Positions 1-12,523 are shown, numbered from the stretch's first letter. The stretch: 64,000 nt of DNA from Alphaproteobacteria bacterium (GCA_965243135.1 OZ251539.1:672001-736000), one strand, 5' to 3'. The notes: a model not told the origin generated them from the sequence alone. Translations and numbers: made by a program.

Positions 1-137
1 GCTTCGACGAGCGCCTCGTCCCGACTGGCGCCGTCGGTTGCGCCCCAGCCGAAATCCGGAAACACGACCACATACCGGCCGTCCTCGTCGCGTTCGGTCT
101 CGGCGGGGTAGCCGTAGGCGTCAGGCGTGCTTTCCAT
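1..137 (-). CDS. hicB: HicB-family antitoxin, 5' part (runs off the window start)
   Basis: Not in the ORF track. Manual translation from ATG 137 gives MESTPDAYGYPAETERDEDGRYVVVFPDFGWGATDGASRDEALVE, the typical HicB N-terminus (Y..VxFPD..G..T.G....EA). Confidence 0.8.
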   Translation of the reverse strand, partial: MESTPDAYGYPAETERDEDGRYVVVFPDFGWGATDGASRDEALVE

Positions 138-169
138 CTTCCGGGGCCGTGACATTCCCAGCGCTCCGT

Positions 170-400
170 TCCCTGGAAATCGTCCATGTCGATCTCATGG
201 TTGGCGAGCGTCCGGTCGAGCGGTCACTTGCCAAGCTCCGTCGACTTCGAGGCGCAACGCGCATGATCGGAACTCCATGTTGCGGGCGCAGTATCGGGCA
301 GGCGGGCGGGCGGATCAAGGCGGGGGTCCGCACTGCGTCGACGCGGCAGGCCCTCCGCCGGCCAGCCTGCGAGACCGTCGAGAAAACGCCCGTCGGCGCT
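170..400 (-). pseudogene. Degraded HicA-like toxin remnant
   Basis: Directly upstream of hicB. Reads ...TELGK*PLDRTLANHEIDMDDF, resembling the HicA C-terminus (ELGxGLLxxML..LxI...DF), with an internal stop. Boundaries approximate. Confidence 0.4.
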
Positions 401-1020
401 CTTGGTTCTCGCCAGACGGCAACGTTGCTTACCGCCGCGCAGACCGGCCGATCCCGGAGGTTCGAGGGCGCCGTTGCCGGTCTTGCGGCTGAGCGATGCG
501 CCATCGGACGCGGCGCGTCGGTCCCGGCAGTTCCGCCAACGGCGCCGGACGGAAAGCAACTCATGATCGCGAAGCGCATCCGGTTCGCCCGTGACCGTTT
601 TCCCGTTCGCCGGTTCGGGCGGAGCCCACGGGCGTTTTCGGCAGGCGGGCGACGTTCGCCAACAGCCGGTCGCGCGAACTTCATGGAGGTGCCGCGAGCG
701 ACCGGGATGCGAAGATTCTTCGGTTCGGCGGCGTTCTCGAGGCCGAGCCCCGCCTCGGCTCGCGCCGCTCGCTGCGAAAGCGGCTTGACCCGTGTCGAAC
801 GGAGAATCGCTGAAAAATCGGTTCCCGACGGAAGACTATCGGCTCGTACGCGCTGCGACTCTCGCGCAGCCGCTTTCGAGCGGCGACGCGGCGACGCTGC
901 CCGGATTCTCGAAGCCGGCAGTTGAAGAAATTTGTCGTCGGCGGTATTCAACCCTCTTGCGACGAGGCGCAGGCCGGAAGGACGTTCGGGGCGGGCTCGT
1001 CGGCGGTTCGGGAAGGCATC

Positions 1021-2289
1021 GTGACGTCGTTTCGTTTTATCCACGCGGCCGACATTCATCTCGACAGCCCGTTGAGGGGACTTGCCGGGCAGGAGGGGAG
1101 CGCGGCGGAGAGCATTCGCACCGCGACGCGCCAGGCGTTCGAACGGCTCGTCGACGCGGCCGTCGAAGAGCGGGCGGACTTCCTCGTCATTGCGGGAGAC
1201 CTCTACGACGGCGACTGGCGCGACTACAGGACCGGTCTGTTTTTCGTCGCCCAAATGGGCCGCCTGAACCAGGCCGGCATCCCGGTTTACCTCCTCTACG
1301 GCAATCACGATGCGGAAAGCCAGATCACGAAACGTCTGCAACTGCCGCAAAACGTGCGCGTCTTCAAATCCGGAAAACCCGAATCCATGCGGCTCGACGA
1401 ACTGCAGGTCGTTCTGCACGGGCAGAGCTTCCGGCAGCGGGACGTTACCGACAATCTGGCCCGGAGCTATCCGGATCCGGTCGACGGCGCTTTCAACGTC
1501 GGCGTCCTGCACACGGGGCTCGGCGGCATGGGCGGACACGAGAACTATGCGCCGTGCTCGCTCGACGATCTCGTCAACAAGGGCTACGACTACTGGGCGC
1601 TGGGCCACGTGCATCGGACCGAAGTGCTCCATGAACGGCCGCATGTCGTCTTTCCCGGCAACCTGCAGGGGCGGCATATACGCGAAACCGGCGACAAGGG
1701 CGCTTTTCTCGTCGCCGTCGAGAACGGCGAAGTCGCCGCGCTCGACCCGTTGCGCTGCGACGTCGTGCTGTGGTCGGAATTGTCCGTCGACCTCGGCGGC
1801 GCGACGAGCGTCGGCGACGCGGTGGACGGCGTTCGCGACGCCATCGAGAAAGCCGTCGGGAACGCGGACCGGCTGCTGGCGTGCAGAATTCGTCTCGAGG
1901 GCCGCACGCGGGCGCACGGTCGGCTGTTGGCGGCCGGGGACCAACTCCTCGCCGAGGCGCGCGCGGTCGCCTTGGGTCAGGGCGAAGGGTTGGCCTGGAT
2001 CGAAAAGGTCGTCGTCGCGACCGGTCCGGTCGAGGAACCCGGAGCGTCACCGGAACGCGAGGACGCGGTCGACGACTTGCTGCGGATGCTGCGGGAGGCG
2101 CGTTCCGACGAGAGCCTGTTGCGCGACCTCGACGCGGATATCGGCGAACTGGTGCGGAGGTTGCCTCGCGAAGTCCGGGACGATACCGAAGACGCGATCC
2201 TGAAAGCGGCTGTCGACGGAGACCACGAGGCGCTGATCGGCGGCGTGACGCCTCTTCTCTCGGCGCGCCTGCTTGAAGAGGAGGACTGA
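1021..2289 (+). CDS. Mre11/SbcD-like metallophosphoesterase nuclease (YhaO family)
   Basis: Motifs HAADIHLD, AGDLYD, GNHD, LHT, ALGHVH, PGNLQGR; GTG start at 1021 after GGAAGG. Confidence 0.92.
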   Translation: MTSFRFIHAADIHLDSPLRGLAGQEGSAAESIRTATRQAFERLVDAAVEERADFLVIAGDLYDGDWRDYRTGLFFVAQMGRLNQAGIPVYLLYGNHDAESQITKRLQLPQNVRVFKSGKPESMRLDELQVVLHGQSFRQRDVTDNLARSYPDPVDGAFNVGVLHTGLGGMGGHENYAPCSLDDLVNKGYDYWALGHVHRTEVLHERPHVVFPGNLQGRHIRETGDKGAFLVAVENGEVAALDPLRCDVVLWSELSVDLGGATSVGDAVDGVRDAIEKAVGNADRLLACRIRLEGRTRAHGRLLAAGDQLLAEARAVALGQGEGLAWIEKVVVATGPVEEPGASPEREDAVDDLLRMLREARSDESLLRDLDADIGELVRRLPREVRDDTEDAILKAAVDGDHEALIGGVTPLLSARLLEEED

Positions 2290-2290
2290 G

Positions 2291-5200
2291 GTGCGGCTGC
2301 GGCGGCTGGATCTTGTGCGCTACGGACGATTCACCGATCGTTCGTTCGAACTGCCCGCAGGCGCGCCGGATCTCCATGTCCTGTTCGGCCCCAACGAAAC
2401 GGGCAAGTCCACGGCGTTGTCCGCGATCGAGGATCTGCTGTTCGGCGTTCCGGTCCATTCGCCTTACAATTTCCTTCACCCGTATTCCAGCATGCGCATC
2501 GGCGGCGTCGTCGAAAACGATCAAGGGTCGCTCGAGGCGATTCGCCGGAAGGGCGCGAAAGACACCTTGCTGGATTCCGGCGACGCGCCGTTTCCCGGGG
2601 GCGAAGCCGCGCTTCGGCCGTTTCTGGCCGGAGCCGACCGGCTTTTCTTCGAGCGAATGTTCAGTCTCGATCACGTTCGGCTGGAAAAAGGCGGCCGCGA
2701 AATCCTGCAGGCGAGGGACGAACTTGGCCAGACGCTCTTCTCCGCCGGAACCGGCGTCGAGGGGCTGCGAGGCCGGCTTGCGCGGCTCTCGGACGAAGCC
2801 GACGGATTGTGGGCGAAGAAGAAAGCCAGACACCGCGAATACTACCAGGCGGACGACAGGCGGAAGGAGGCCGAAAAGAGTCTCCGCGACAACGCGCTCT
2901 CGGCCAACCAATGGCTGGAAGCCAAAAAGGCCAGGGAAGAGGCAGAATCCGCGCATGACCGGATCAACTCGGAATTCGAGAGGATCTCGGCGGAGGGCGC
3001 GCGGCTCGCCCGCGTTCGCAGGGTATATCGCTACGTTCGCCGCAAGGCCGACCTGGAGCGCGAAATCGACGCCATGGGCGAGGTCGCGCTTCTCCCGGAA
3101 AACGCCCGGCAGGCGTTCGAGGAGGCCGGGCGCAGGGAAGCGGAGGCGTCCGCCCGGATCGAAACGCTTTCCGGAACGCTGGTCAGGGCGCGGAAAGAAC
3201 TGGAAGCGCTGTCCTGCGACGACCGGCTGATCCAGCGAGCCGACGAAATCAAGCATCTGGACGAGCAGCGGATTGCGATTCGCCCCGAACGGGTCGACCT
3301 CCCGAAGCGGCGCGCGGAGCTCGCGGCCGTGGAGGACGAGGTGCGCGCGCTGGCCGGCGAACTTGACTGGAACGAGACGGAAGTCGACGGGCTCGTCGCG
3401 CGCATTCCGGCTCGCGGAAAGGTCGCCGCCGCGCGATCCCTGTTCGGTCAGCACGGCGGGCTCGCCTCGGACCTTAGAAGCGGCGCCGCCGCGTTGGAAG
3501 AGGCGGAGGCGCAGCGGAACGGTTTGCAGGAACGCTTCGAAAATGCGTCCGAAACCGCTGATTTCTCCCGGCTGGACGCGGCGATCAGGGCGGTTCGGGC
3601 GCGCGGCGACCTGTCCGGACGGGTCGGCCTCGCGGAACAAGGGCTTCGGGAAGCGCAACGCCGGGTCGACCAGGTTCTCGGTTCTCTGCAGCCTGCCGTT
3701 CCGGACGACCAAGACGTCGTGAAGATGCCGACTCCTCCGCGGGCCGCCGTACAGAAGCATCGCGACAAGGTTCGGGATTGGGAGCGTCGAGTCGGCGAAA
3801 CGGATCGCGACAGGGAAAATCTGGAGCAAGAACAGCAACGCGCTCGCGCTGACCTGCAAAGGGTCAGGAGGGATACGCGCGCCGTCATGGCGGAAGAGCT
3901 TCGGGAAGCGCGACGCGGCAGAGATTCCCTCTGGGAAATCGTAAAGCGGGTGCATGTCGAGGGGATGGCTGTTTCCGAAGGGGACGAAGCGCCGGAGGAT
4001 CCTGCGGCGGAATTCGAGGTGGCCGTGCGCGAAGCCGACGAACTCGCCGACCGAAGGTTCGACAATGCCGAGGCTGCCGCGACGCTGGCGGAAATGTCCC
4101 GAAGCATCGACGAGCGTCAGGGACGTCTGGATCAACTGCGCAAGCGGAGGGAAGCGCTTTCCGGAGAAGGCGAACGGCTGGGTGCCGATTGGCGATCCCT
4201 TTGGGGCGGCGCGGCATTCGAACCGCTCGGCCCCGACGAGATGCTGGAATGGCTGGGCGGGCGCGACGAACTTCTGGAGGCGACCGAACGCCTCGGCGAG
4301 GCGGAGGGCGCGTTGCAACTTGAGCGGGAGAGCGAACGCGCCGCGCGAGAGAGCCTCCTGACGGAGCTGGGGGATCTTGGCGTCGACCGTTCGGAGCTGG
4401 AGAATGAGGCGCTGCCCGTCGTTCTGGAGCGCGCGGACGGCATGCGGACGGAACTTCTGGCCGGAGCGGAGGCAAGGACGCGTCTGGAGGAGGAACTTCG
4501 GGAAGCCGCGTCGGAAGCCGACCGCAAGCGCAGGGAACAGGCTCGCGCGAAACAGGCATGGGAGCAGTGGCGGGAAAATTGGTCGGAAGCGCTGAACGAT
4601 CTCGGCTTTTCCGCTTCGACGAATCCGGATGTCGTGTCGGCGCGGATCGACGTCATAGACCGGATGCGCGAGAAGGCGGCGCAGATCGAGGAACTGCGCG
4701 ATCGCCGCGTCGCCAAGATTGATCGCGACATCGAACAGTTCGAGGCCCTTGTGGAGCGCGTGGTTGGAAACCTGGACCCCGATCTTGCAGGCGGCGACGC
4801 CGAAAACGCGGTTCTCGAGATCGGAAGGCGCCTCGACGAGGCGCGGCGCATAAGCGACCTCCGGGCCGCCAAGAAAGAGGAAATCGAGAAAGTCGAGGAA
4901 AGCGCGCGCGGCCACGAAAGGGATCTTCAGGAAGCGCGCGAGTCCTTCGGCCATCTGCTGGAGTTAGCCGGCGTTTCCGGAAAGGACGAACTCGACGGCG
5001 CCATCGGGAAGTCCGACGAGTTCCGCCGGTTGCGGAACGAACTGAACGAGACGCTGCGGACGCTCAAGCAGGAAGGCGACGGCCTGTCGGCAGGCGACCT
5101 GGAGGTCGAATGCGCGGATGCGGATATCGACCGAATCCCTGCGCAGGAAGAAACCAACGCTGGCGAATTGAAAGCGCTGCAGGATCGGTTGACGACAGTG

Positions 5201-5809
5201 GCTGAACAGAGAGCGCAGGCCAGGGAGGGGTTCGACGCGATCGGCGGAGACGACGCGGCGGCGAGCGCCGAGGCGGCGCGGCAGGAAGCCTTGGCCGAGA
5301 TTCGCGACGTATCCGAACGCTACGTCCGTTTACGGACTTCGGCAACGTTGCTGCGCTGGGCGATCGACCGATACCGGCGCGAAAGGCAAACGCCGCTTCT
5401 CAAGCGCGCCGGGGAGCTCTTCTCGACGATTACCGGCAATTCGTTCAGCGAACTCGGGGTCGCGTACGACGATAAGGATCAGGCGCACTTGACGGGTCTG
5501 CGGCCGGACGGACAGGTCGTCGAAGTGCCCGGCATGAGCAGCGGAACGGCGGATCAGCTCTATCTGGCTCTTCGCATTGCGAGCGTGGAAGACTATCTGA
5601 ATCGGACCGAGCCCTTGCCGTTCGTCGCCGACGATCTGTTCGTAAACTTCGACGACGGCCGGGCGGCGGCCGGCTTCGAAATACTGGGAACGCTGGCGGG
5701 GAAGACTCAAGTGCTGTTCTTCACGCATCACGCGCATCTCGTCGAAATCGCGCGAAAGGCGCTCGGCGACTCGATTTCGGTGGTCGAACTGGATGCCGAA
5801 GGGGAATGA
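2291..5809 (+). CDS. Rad50/SbcC-like coiled-coil ABC ATPase (YhaN family)
   Basis: N-terminal Walker A GPNETGKST, long coiled coil, C-terminal signature MSSGTADQLYLALR and Walker B FVADDLFVNFDD; GTG start 1 nt after the upstream stop. Confidence 0.92.
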   Translation: MRLRRLDLVRYGRFTDRSFELPAGAPDLHVLFGPNETGKSTALSAIEDLLFGVPVHSPYNFLHPYSSMRIGGVVENDQGSLEAIRRKGAKDTLLDSGDAPFPGGEAALRPFLAGADRLFFERMFSLDHVRLEKGGREILQARDELGQTLFSAGTGVEGLRGRLARLSDEADGLWAKKKARHREYYQADDRRKEAEKSLRDNALSANQWLEAKKAREEAESAHDRINSEFERISAEGARLARVRRVYRYVRRKADLEREIDAMGEVALLPENARQAFEEAGRREAEASARIETLSGTLVRARKELEALSCDDRLIQRADEIKHLDEQRIAIRPERVDLPKRRAELAAVEDEVRALAGELDWNETEVDGLVARIPARGKVAAARSLFGQHGGLASDLRSGAAALEEAEAQRNGLQERFENASETADFSRLDAAIRAVRARGDLSGRVGLAEQGLREAQRRVDQVLGSLQPAVPDDQDVVKMPTPPRAAVQKHRDKVRDWERRVGETDRDRENLEQEQQRARADLQRVRRDTRAVMAEELREARRGRDSLWEIVKRVHVEGMAVSEGDEAPEDPAAEFEVAVREADELADRRFDNAEAAATLAEMSRSIDERQGRLDQLRKRREALSGEGERLGADWRSLWGGAAFEPLGPDEMLEWLGGRDELLEATERLGEAEGALQLERESERAARESLLTELGDLGVDRSELENEALPVVLERADGMRTELLAGAEARTRLEEELREAASEADRKRREQARAKQAWEQWRENWSEALNDLGFSASTNPDVVSARIDVIDRMREKAAQIEELRDRRVAKIDRDIEQFEALVERVVGNLDPDLAGGDAENAVLEIGRRLDEARRISDLRAAKKEEIEKVEESARGHERDLQEARESFGHLLELAGVSGKDELDGAIGKSDEFRRLRNELNETLRTLKQEGDGLSAGDLEVECADADIDRIPAQEETNAGELKALQDRLTTVAEQRAQAREGFDAIGGDDAAASAEAARQEALAEIRDVSERYVRLRTSATLLRWAIDRYRRERQTPLLKRAGELFSTITGNSFSELGVAYDDKDQAHLTGLRPDGQVVEVPGMSSGTADQLYLALRIASVEDYLNRTEPLPFVADDLFVNFDDGRAAAGFEILGTLAGKTQVLFFTHHAHLVEIARKALGDSISVVELDAEGE

Positions 5810-6070
5810 AGCGCCCGGCCGGGCGGCGTTCGCCGCTCCGCGCCGCCGAGGACGACGCTTCGGAAGAAGCTCCGGCGGCGATCGCGCAGGGAAATGGCCG
5901 CGAAGGCGGAGAAGACCGGTGAGGATTTCGAGCGTCGCGAACCGAACGGCGGCCGACGGGCCACGTCGCGCGGTATGCGGAGAGCGAACGGGGCCGAAGC
6001 TCCGCAGGTTTGCGAGGTTGCGCCCGCCGACGGAGCCCTTGCGCGGCCCGAGCGCGGTCGCTTCGACGCG

Positions 6071-7105
6071 ATGAACGAACGTCTGTCCCTGCGCCGGCCC
6101 GACGACTGGCACCTCCACCTTCGCGACGGCGATATGCTGCGCGCGGTGCTGCCGTTCTCCGCCGCCGTGTTCGGGCGCGCCATAGTCATGCCCAATCTGG
6201 TTCCGCCGGTGACGCGGGCGGCCGATGCGGAGGCCTATCGCCGGCGCATCCGCGACGCGCTTCCGGCCGGGGCTGCGTTCACGCCGCTCATGACGTGCTA
6301 CCTGACGGACAACACGGATCCCGACGACCTCGCCGAAGGCCATGCGGCAGGCGTCTTCACGGCCGCGAAGCTCTACCCGGCGGGCGCGACGACGAATTCG
6401 GACAACGGCGTAACCGACATGGCCGCGATTCGCGACGTTCTCGCCTGCATGGAACGGGTGGGCATGCCGCTTCTGGTGCACGGCGAAGTAACCGATGTCG
6501 ACGTTTTCGATCGGGAAGCGGAGTTCATCGAGCGCGTTCTGAAGCCGTTGCTCGACGCGCATCCCGACCTGCGCGTCGTTCTCGAGCACGCCACGACGTT
6601 GGAGGGCGTCGAGTTCGTCAGGTCCGCCTGGCCGCGCGTCGGCGCCACGATCACGCCGCATCATCTCGTCATCAACCGAAACGCGCTGTTCGCGGGCGGT
6701 TTGCGTCCGCACATGTACTGCCTTCCGGTCGCCAAGCGGGAGCATCATCGTCTCGCCTTGCGGGAGGCCGCGGCATCCGGCCATCCCGCCTTCTTTCTCG
6801 GCACCGATTCGGCGCCCCACCCGGTCGGCGACAAGGAATCGGATTGCGGCTGCGCCGGAATTTTCAATGCGCCTTCCGCCCTTGAGGTATATGCTCAGGC
6901 GTTCGACGAGGAAGGGGCGCTCGGCCGGTTGGAGGCGTTCGCGTCGCTCAACGGGCCTGCATTCTACGGTTTGCCCGGCAACGAAGACACGATCACGCTT
7001 GAACGCGGCGAGCGGCGACCGGGTCCTCCGGTGCGGGTCGGGGACGACGAGGTGAAGCCGTTCGACAGCGGCGGGATTCCGGGTTGGCGAATCGTTTCCT
7101 GCTGA
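6071..7105 (+). CDS. pyrC: Dihydroorotase (homodimeric type)
   Basis: [35 protein letters not shown] motifs. Confidence 0.95.
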   Translation: MNERLSLRRPDDWHLHLRDGDMLRAVLPFSAAVFGRAIVMPNLVPPVTRAADAEAYRRRIRDALPAGAAFTPLMTCYLTDNTDPDDLAEGHAAGVFTAAKLYPAGATTNSDNGVTDMAAIRDVLACMERVGMPLLVHGEVTDVDVFDREAEFIERVLKPLLDAHPDLRVVLEHATTLEGVEFVRSAWPRVGATITPHHLVINRNALFAGGLRPHMYCLPVAKREHHRLALREAAASGHPAFFLGTDSAPHPVGDKESDCGCAGIFNAPSALEVYAQAFDEEGALGRLEAFASLNGPAFYGLPGNEDTITLERGERRPGPPVRVGDDEVKPFDSGGIPGWRIVSC

Positions 7106-7173
7106 CGCGAACCGGAGGAGAAGGAGGCGGAACGAGGCGCCGGTTCCGCCGGCGGGCGAACGAGGGGATCGAG

Positions 7174-8664
<1,491 letters not shown>

Positions 8665-8739
8665 ATCTGCCGGAGCGTGATTTTCGGAGATTGGGGGTAG
8701 CGAGGGTTCCAGACGCCGTAGATTTCGCCCGAAGCCGGG

Positions 8740-9262
8740 CTATCGCCTGATGCTTTCAATCATCGCGACATCGATATCAACTCGTTCATCAACGATCACT
8801 TCGCGGCTGGGTGACGAGCGGCCTTTCAGCGGTCCAAGCGTTATGACAACGCCCTCGGGCTTCATGGCCTCGACAGCTGGAATCGTGTCGCTGTCGCCGG
8901 TCAAGAGGACAATAACGCGGTGCTTTACAGCCAAGAGCGTCATGTCCACGCCGAGCATCATGTCGACGCGTTTCTGGATGAAGATCGGCTTTCCGCTCTC
9001 GGTCGTACCTTGGATCTGCAGCTTGCCGAGCCGAACTTGGAAGCGCGGAATATGGCTAATGGCGTCGATGAACCGGCGCTTGGAATCGAAGCGACCCTGT
9101 TCATCTGCGGTCGGTGGACGTAAGGCATGCAATGATAGGCTCGAAGCATCTCGTCTTGGCATGCCGTTACCTGTTCGAGCCTCTCCATATCGATGCGGGC
9201 TCCGTCGTGGTCTTGTTGCAAAACCTTAAGCCTCCGCCAATATAGATCGCACATGTTCCCAT
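8740..9262 (-). pseudogene. NYN/LabA (PIN-fold) RNase pseudogene
   Basis: Spread over three frames: MGTCAIYIGGG / KVLQQDHDGARIDMERL...MLRAYHC / ...QVRLGKLQ...QKRVDMMLGVDM...LLTGDSDTIPAVEA. These match the NYN motifs IDGG, QKxVD and GDSD. Confidence 0.8.
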
Positions 9263-9799
9263 TGCCGTTTCCGCATGTCGCAGGGCATTTTGAGACGACG
9301 ACGGGGCCGTACCATTCAGCACGGCCCCGTCTGAATAAAGCTCCTCGCATGCCATTGGGACGCGAGGGGAGTTCACTCCTTGCAGGATATATGCAGGGAA
9401 GGTGCAATGCAAACTACCCCTAGAAAAAATTTTTGGATGATACAACGCTGATTTTACATTATATTTTCACATTTTTCCATTGTGCTGAATTTCCTCCGGC
9501 ATTCGCGAACCGATTCGGTTACCCGCAGCCCATGGCTTCGAACGAACCTTGGAGGTTCGATGGCGGAAGTCCGCCTCGCTCGACCGGACGTCGCTCCCGT
9601 TCGACGGAACCGCAGCCTGGAGTTCAGGCGTTTTGCCGCTTGCGGATCGTCCTGCGCACCGCCCCTGCTGCCGCCCCGAGGACGGAGCCTGGCAATGAAC
9701 GTCACCGCCCCGTTCTCGCCCTGGCGCAAACGTCTCTCCCTTGTCTCTCTTGACGATCGGCGCCGCGGATACTGTCTCCCGTCTCCGGAAAGGACGCTC

Positions 9800-10075
9800 A
9801 TGAGTGCCTTCGCGATCGCTAACCTCTCCGTCGCTTCCGCCAACGCCGCCGCGGCCGTCGTCGTGGCCGTCGGCGTATGGCCGCGATGGTCCGCGCCAAC
9901 GACGAACGCGGGCAACAACAGTGCGCGACGACGCAGCAGCAGAGCGCAGCCATGCCGCAACAGCGCGAAGCCGAAGAACGCCGCCACGAGGAGAACATGA
10001 CGGCGCTCAAGGCGCTGATCCGCCAGACCGCCACGCCGGAAACCGTCGCCGAACGAACGACGCCGACGGGGCGGG
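9800..10075 (+). pseudogene. Small protein with one hydrophobic segment and a coiled tail, frameshifted
   Basis: RBS GGAAAGGA, ATG 9800 (MSAFAIANLSVASANAAAAVVVAVGVW), then a frame change to AAMVRANDER...RRHEENMTALKALIRQTA. 3' end approximate. Confidence 0.5.
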
Positions 10076-10797
10076 AACGAAGGGTGCCTGACGCCCTTCC
10101 CCGTCGGCGAGACCTCGAAGTCGAGCGACTGTCGCGGTCGTGCGGGGTGCAAGTACCGGCGCCGTCGTTCGCGGCCGACCGCGGCGCCGGCGCACCTCCC
10201 GCTTCGGCGATCATGTCGAACGGGGGCCGGCGACAACGCCGCGGCGCGAAACTCGACGACCGACCTTTTCTCCGTTTCTCGCGCAAGGTATGCCGCGGAC
10301 GGCGGCCGGGAACCCGGCAGGCACCGCGGGCGTTGCCGCGTTCGTCGAGTCGCTTCCTCGGCTTCGCCGTGGGCGGCCCGCTCAAGCTCGTTCGCCGAAG
10401 AGGCCGACTTCAGGCGTTTCAGCTCGTTGCGCGCCGCCTCGGCGCGCGCGCTGCGTTTTCCGGAACGTCGCCTGCCAACCTCTACCTCCGCGCGACATTT
10501 CCGCCTCTTGGCGCGCCTCGTCCCGCCGGGCCGTTGCCGGCGGCAAAGCCCCTCGTCCGTCGGTTGCGGCAAAAAACGAGAGGCGAAGGATCCCGTGTCC
10601 GGTCCGTGGACGAAATTTTTTCGTCCCCTGGGTAGCGAACGCTTACAGACTATCAATACGAGATTCGCGAGGAGGCCGATCGTCTTGACGCGCATAGTGC
10701 GGGCGTCCCGGAACCCGAACGCCGCGCAGCGGCCGATTGCCGGCCCCGCTTGCTTCCCGCAGCCGGGCGAGGTCGTTCCGAAGACTGCGGGTAACCT

Positions 10798-12411
10798 CAG
10801 CAATTCCCGCTAAGGCTCAAAACCCTTGGAAAATATGGGGTCGGGAAAAAATTTTTCGTGGACTTTTCGAGGTGATTCGGGGCTATTTGCCTTCAAGCGG
10901 AGCATTTTTCTCTGGAAAGTGGTCCGAAGGCGAGGCGGGATTGTACCAAAATGGCCAGAATGCCAGGCATGCGCAAGACGCTCAGCGCTCCGGGGTTGCT
11001 GAAGGAAGTGCGAGCTTGTTTCGACCGTATCGAAGATCCGATTGCCAGCCGGGGGCTGAACCAGACGGACTGTCTGATGTCGGGTTTGGCGGTGTTCGGT
11101 ATGAAGTATGCGTCGCTTCTCGACGATGCCGCGCACGCCGACGAAGCGGTTCGGCACAACCTCGCGAACTTGCGTCAAGCGTGTGCCGTCGGACTCTGCG
11201 ATGCGAGAACGGCTTGACGAAGTCTGTCCGCGGCAATTGCGGCGTTGTTTCACGAAGATGTTCCAAGTTTTGCAACGAGGCAAGGGGCTGGAACAATACA
11301 CTTGTCTGAACGGGTATTACGCTCTTTCGAGGAACGGGATACTTTTCGTCGGACAAGGTGCACTGTAAAAACTGCTGCGAGAAACATCACCGCGACGGTA
11401 CGATTACCTACTACCACCAGATGTTGGGAGCCGTTCTGGTGCACCCGGAACAGAAGGAGGTTTTTCCGTTTGCACCGGAATCGATCCTGAAGGGAGACGG
11501 CGCAAAAAAGAATGATTGCGAAGCGGCGAAACGGCTTTTGAAAGATGTGCGTCGTGAACACCCGCACCTGAAGTTGATCGTGTTGGAGGATGGGCTGGCC
11601 TCAAATGGACCGCATGTCAATCTTCTCAAGGAGTTAGACATGCGTTTCATACTGGGTGCAAAGCCTGGCGACCACAAGTTCCTGTGGGTCAACAACGCGC
11701 CGTCCGTGGAGCACCGGGAGTTCACGGACGAGGACAACATACGGCACGAATTCCGGTATCTCAACGGAGTGCCTCTGAACGATACGCACTTCGACCTCAA
11801 AGTGAACTTTCACTGGGAGAAGCTTCCAAACGGCAAGAAACAACGTTTCTCCTGGGTCACGGATCTGCCAATTGACGAAGAGAACCTGATGGAGTTGATG
11901 CGCACCGGGCGGGCGCGCTGGAAGATCGAGAACGAAACTTTCAACACCCTGAAGAACCAAGGCTACTGCTTTGAGCACAACTTCGGTCACGGTAACAACA
12001 ATCTGTCGACTGTTTTCGCGTTCCTGATGATGCTAGCGTTCCTGATTGACCAGATTCAACAGCGATGTTGCAAACTGTTCCAACAGGCGCAAACGAAGGC
12101 CAAGCGGCCCATTTACTTCTGGGAAAAAGTGCGGGCATTGTTTCTCGACTACTTCCTGAAGGACTGGGAGACGCTCTACCGAATGATCGCGTTTGGACAC
12201 CGGAAAGCAGTGGGAATTCCCTACGATACCTCCTGACCCAGCACCGTGTCCGAGTGTGCTAAAGCAGGTTTTTCAGGGGAAGCAGGGTAGTCAAGGCTAT
12301 GTCGGCGCCAGGCCGAAGCGGGAAAGGTGCGTCGCGACGGCTGGTCCCTCGGTAACGATGCTATCTCGACGCGCCTTTTGCAAAGGGCGGCCACCTTAGC
12401 GGGAATTTCTG
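10798..12411 (+). mobile_element. IS element copy 1 (1614 bp, degenerate; unclassified DDE/ISNCY-like)
   Basis: Terminal inverted repeats CAGCAATTCCCGCTAAGG / CCTTAGCGGGAATTTCTG; 9-bp target duplication GGGTAACCT at 10789-10797 and 12412-12420; near-identical to 45986-47633. Confidence 0.95.
10951..12236 (+). pseudogene. DDE transposase pseudogene
   Basis: Split across ORFs 10951/11108/11358; six 5-6 bp deletions relative to the intact 46139-47458. Confidence 0.93.
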
Positions 12412-12523
12412 GGGTAACCTGATCCTGAAACTCCATGCTGGCCGCCGTACCGAATCGGCTTCCCCGGTGCGGAGCGCAGGCGGACGTGGGGAGGTGCGCG
12501 GGGATTTTGGGCGTCCGCCTCGG

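Noticed and set aside
9433-10797. Several overlapping ORFs of 100-450 aa
   Set aside because: No motifs; apart from the 9800 remnant this looks like decayed intergenic DNA.
11120-11812. Homopolymer sequencing error as the cause of the IS frameshifts
   Set aside because: The deletions are 5-6 bp of mixed sequence and not in homopolymers; read-level confirmation is still needed.
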